DNA from: Prevotella sp.
GTDB lineage: Bacteria; Bacteroidota; Bacteroidia; Bacteroidales; Bacteroidaceae
Length of the DNA stretch: 64,000 bases
Assembly: GCA_045131435.1 (NCBI GenBank)
Contig: JBGUQW010000110.1
Location: 177-64,176, forward strand
Direction of reading: 5' to 3'
Below are positions 61,953 to 64,000 of the stretch, in pieces; position 1 is the stretch's first letter, and each line of letters opens with the position of its first letter. A model generated the notes under the pieces. It made no database searches. It was given only the letters and a program-made list of their open reading frames with translations, and was not told where the DNA came from. The position numbers and the translations under genes were made by a program.

Positions 61953-64000
61953 TGAATACAAAACAAATTACCAGCTGCATGACACAGGCTATTAGGACCT
62001 GCATGTTTGCGTATATGCTGTCAGCAGGCGTCATTGGCTGTTCAGACAAGGATGTTGATTCTCCTAACGGAGGAACTGGAGGCGAAGGAATACCCGGCCA
62101 ACTGATAGGAACGTGGTATGGCGACTACTCTTCGCAAGGAAAAATAGACACGGCAGCACCCGGCAGCCGCAAGGGCTATTACGTACGTACCGTACAGGGT
62201 CTGAAGTTCAATGCCGACGGCACGGGTACCAGCTACCAGTATCTGTGCAACGTGGCCGGCGACCCCATCAGCGTCTACGGAGGTACAATGGATGCACAGA
62301 ACGGACAGTTCCACTTTACCGTCAAGGACGACAGCATCATCACTATTGTGCGCGACGGTGAGGGCGATGCCTTGCACCCCAAAACGTGGCAGGTCATCAA
62401 CGGTTGGAACGGTATACGCGGCACCGACGGCACAACAGCGTACAACATGCAGACGGCCACTGCCGAGGAGCAGGGTTATCTGACCAACTGGGCAAAGCTT
62501 CTGCGTGCTGGCAACAATGATGACCCGGAAGAGATGGCTGACTTCCTCAATAACTGGGAGAAAGCCCAGACCGTCAATCTGAGCAGCTACGGCACGCGTA
62601 ACCTGCCTTGGTATGGTTCAGCCGACAACGACATACCCGAGGCCATTCGTTTCGACATGAAGAAGGCCGACGGTTGGCAAATGGCATTCTGCATGCTCAA
62701 CGACCCGTATGCCCCCAATGTCCACATGTTCGGACTCTATAACAAGCTGACGGGCATGTTGCGTGTATGGCAGTACGTAGAAAATGCTTCCGGCTATGGC
62801 AAGGAGCTGTTCTTCAACTTGGTCAACGACAGCTATTCCCCAAACCGCTACCCGTTCTACAACTCGATGGCTTACTGCATTCCGCTCAACCGTACATGGG
62901 GTGAATCACAGACTGACAACAACTTACAGCTGAAAATGAATGCCGAGCTCATTACCAACGGCAATCGCTACAAGCCGTTTGAATACCTCATGTCGGCCTA
63001 TACCCGTTCGGGCGAAGCCAAGGGCGTGTCGCCCAACTGGCACTGTGTCGATCTTGACCTCTCTGGCTACATGCCCATGGATTTGCCTAATAGCGACGGC
63101 AAGAAATGGCGCGAGAGTGTCGATGCACAGCGTTCGCTGTTCAACATCAGCCTGGCCAGCCAGAATGTCAGCGAGATAACGCTGTCGGGCAAACTATTGG
63201 GTGGTATTGCCGGTTCTTTCACTTCTGAAACGACTGTTAAGAGCAGTTGTGCCAATCCTCATCTGGCAAATGCAACAAACGCAATAGGTAATATAGCAGG
63301 ATTCTTTAATACCAGCATCACCAATATAAGTTGTCTCTGTGGCATAGCAAAGAGCGGCGGTAACATATTCTGGGATCCATCTAAACCAGATCCAAAAGTC
63401 AATCTCATAGAAGATGACGTCAATAACATAGAAGATGACTTGTCCGATGACTCTGAAGCCCCGGCTTATGCACCCAGGAGATTTCCCCTTACTTTTATGG
63501 GATTTATAGCAGGTATATCAGGCGTGCTGAATCTTACAACGGCGGTACTGAAAAGCATTCCCAATCCTACCTCTACGAGCGAGTGTGCCAAGGGTAACAT
63601 CAATCTGTCACTGAACGCGAACCTGGACCTGAGCGGACTCATCACTCAGTGGACAGGACTGCCCGACGGCGGTGTTACCGTGACGCCCTACCTGCTCAAT
63701 GCTTCTAACGAAGACTGCTCCATAGGCACGGGCTGCTTCGGACTGAAGGAAGACCCCGTCATCTATGTTTGCAAGGAAGACCTTCTGAGTTCCTCCGACC
63801 GCATCAACATCACGAAAAACAATGATGGCACCATGTATTGCGACGACATTGAGAAAAAAGAACTGCGAATGGTGTCCTTCTTAGACCCGAGTAGCGTCAA
63901 GTTCTATCTGAATACTGACACCTACCATGACATTACAGACTTGAACCTTACTGCCATTCCCGTCGTAGATGTCTATAGGCCATTGGGAAATACCGACAGC
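61953..64000 (+). CDS. large lipoprotein of unknown function (3' end outside the window; absent from the supplied ORF track)
   Basis: My hand translation from ATG 61953 stays open to nt 64000 (more than 680 codons). Lipobox SAGVIGCSD. The sequence is Asn/Asp/Gly-rich with three GxAG hydrophobic patches. Confidence 0.6.

Noticed and set aside
1-64000. Phage defence systems, prophage, ICE, toxin-antitoxin or biosynthetic gene clusters.
   Set aside because: I recognised no nuclease/helicase/methylase defence modules, integrases, capsid or tail genes, conjugation genes, or core biosynthetic enzymes in any frame. The accessory-looking parts are the LRR cassette and the C13 lipoprotein cluster, which I report separately.

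Overview
The window looks like a Bacteroidota chromosome segment, most likely Prevotellaceae. The evidence is TAnnTTTG -7 promoter boxes, a T9SS C-terminal sorting domain, HTCS-type periplasmic sensors and about 50-58% GC judged by eye. No rRNA, tRNA, CRISPR array, transposase or integrase was seen.

Gene content from left to right:
- mutS2 (3' part).
- A menaquinone cluster: menE, menC and menB, then a divergent nucleoside-kinase-like gene plus menD, then menF and a thioesterase.
- Three tandem ROK paralogs.
- lysS, gpsA and metY.
- A glycan locus without SusC/SusD: an OMP, a PCMD lipoprotein, a YicI-like GH31, a small ORF plus BspA-type LRR/T9SS cassette, and a PA14-containing GH31.
- Two HTCS-like sensors that lack phosphorelay and DNA-binding modules, followed by a LacI regulator.
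- A DUF5686 protein, an orphan histidine kinase, a THUMP methyltransferase with an Arg-rich repeat tail, a DPP-IV-like S9 peptidase, serB and a GH2.
- A frameshifted GSCFA gene, fkp, a YfhO-like protein, mtnN-luxS, an acyltransferase, typA, rpsO and a K+ channel.
- A TPR/AraC regulator broken by one in-frame TGA.
- A lipoprotein cluster: a BMP-like protein, a PBP-legumain (C13) fusion, and a large unknown lipoprotein that runs off the window end and is missing from the ORF track.

Structure not explained by the genes:
1. A family of 7-nt-periodic mini-arrays. At gene junctions they put stop codons in two or three frames. Inside at least six unrelated CDSs they are read through in frame, and one coincides with a frameshift.
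2. A GT-rich subfamily (GGGTGAT/GGGTGTT, a G-quadruplex motif) that encodes HPSPNTH-type peptides in three unrelated proteins and the hydrophobic core of a signal peptide in a fourth.
3. A C-rich/G-rich palindromic mini-element inserted in frame in three or four unrelated genes.
4. A phased 22-bp repeat lattice about 290 bp long upstream of the LRR gene.

Functional calls rest on motif recognition by eye. No searches were run.
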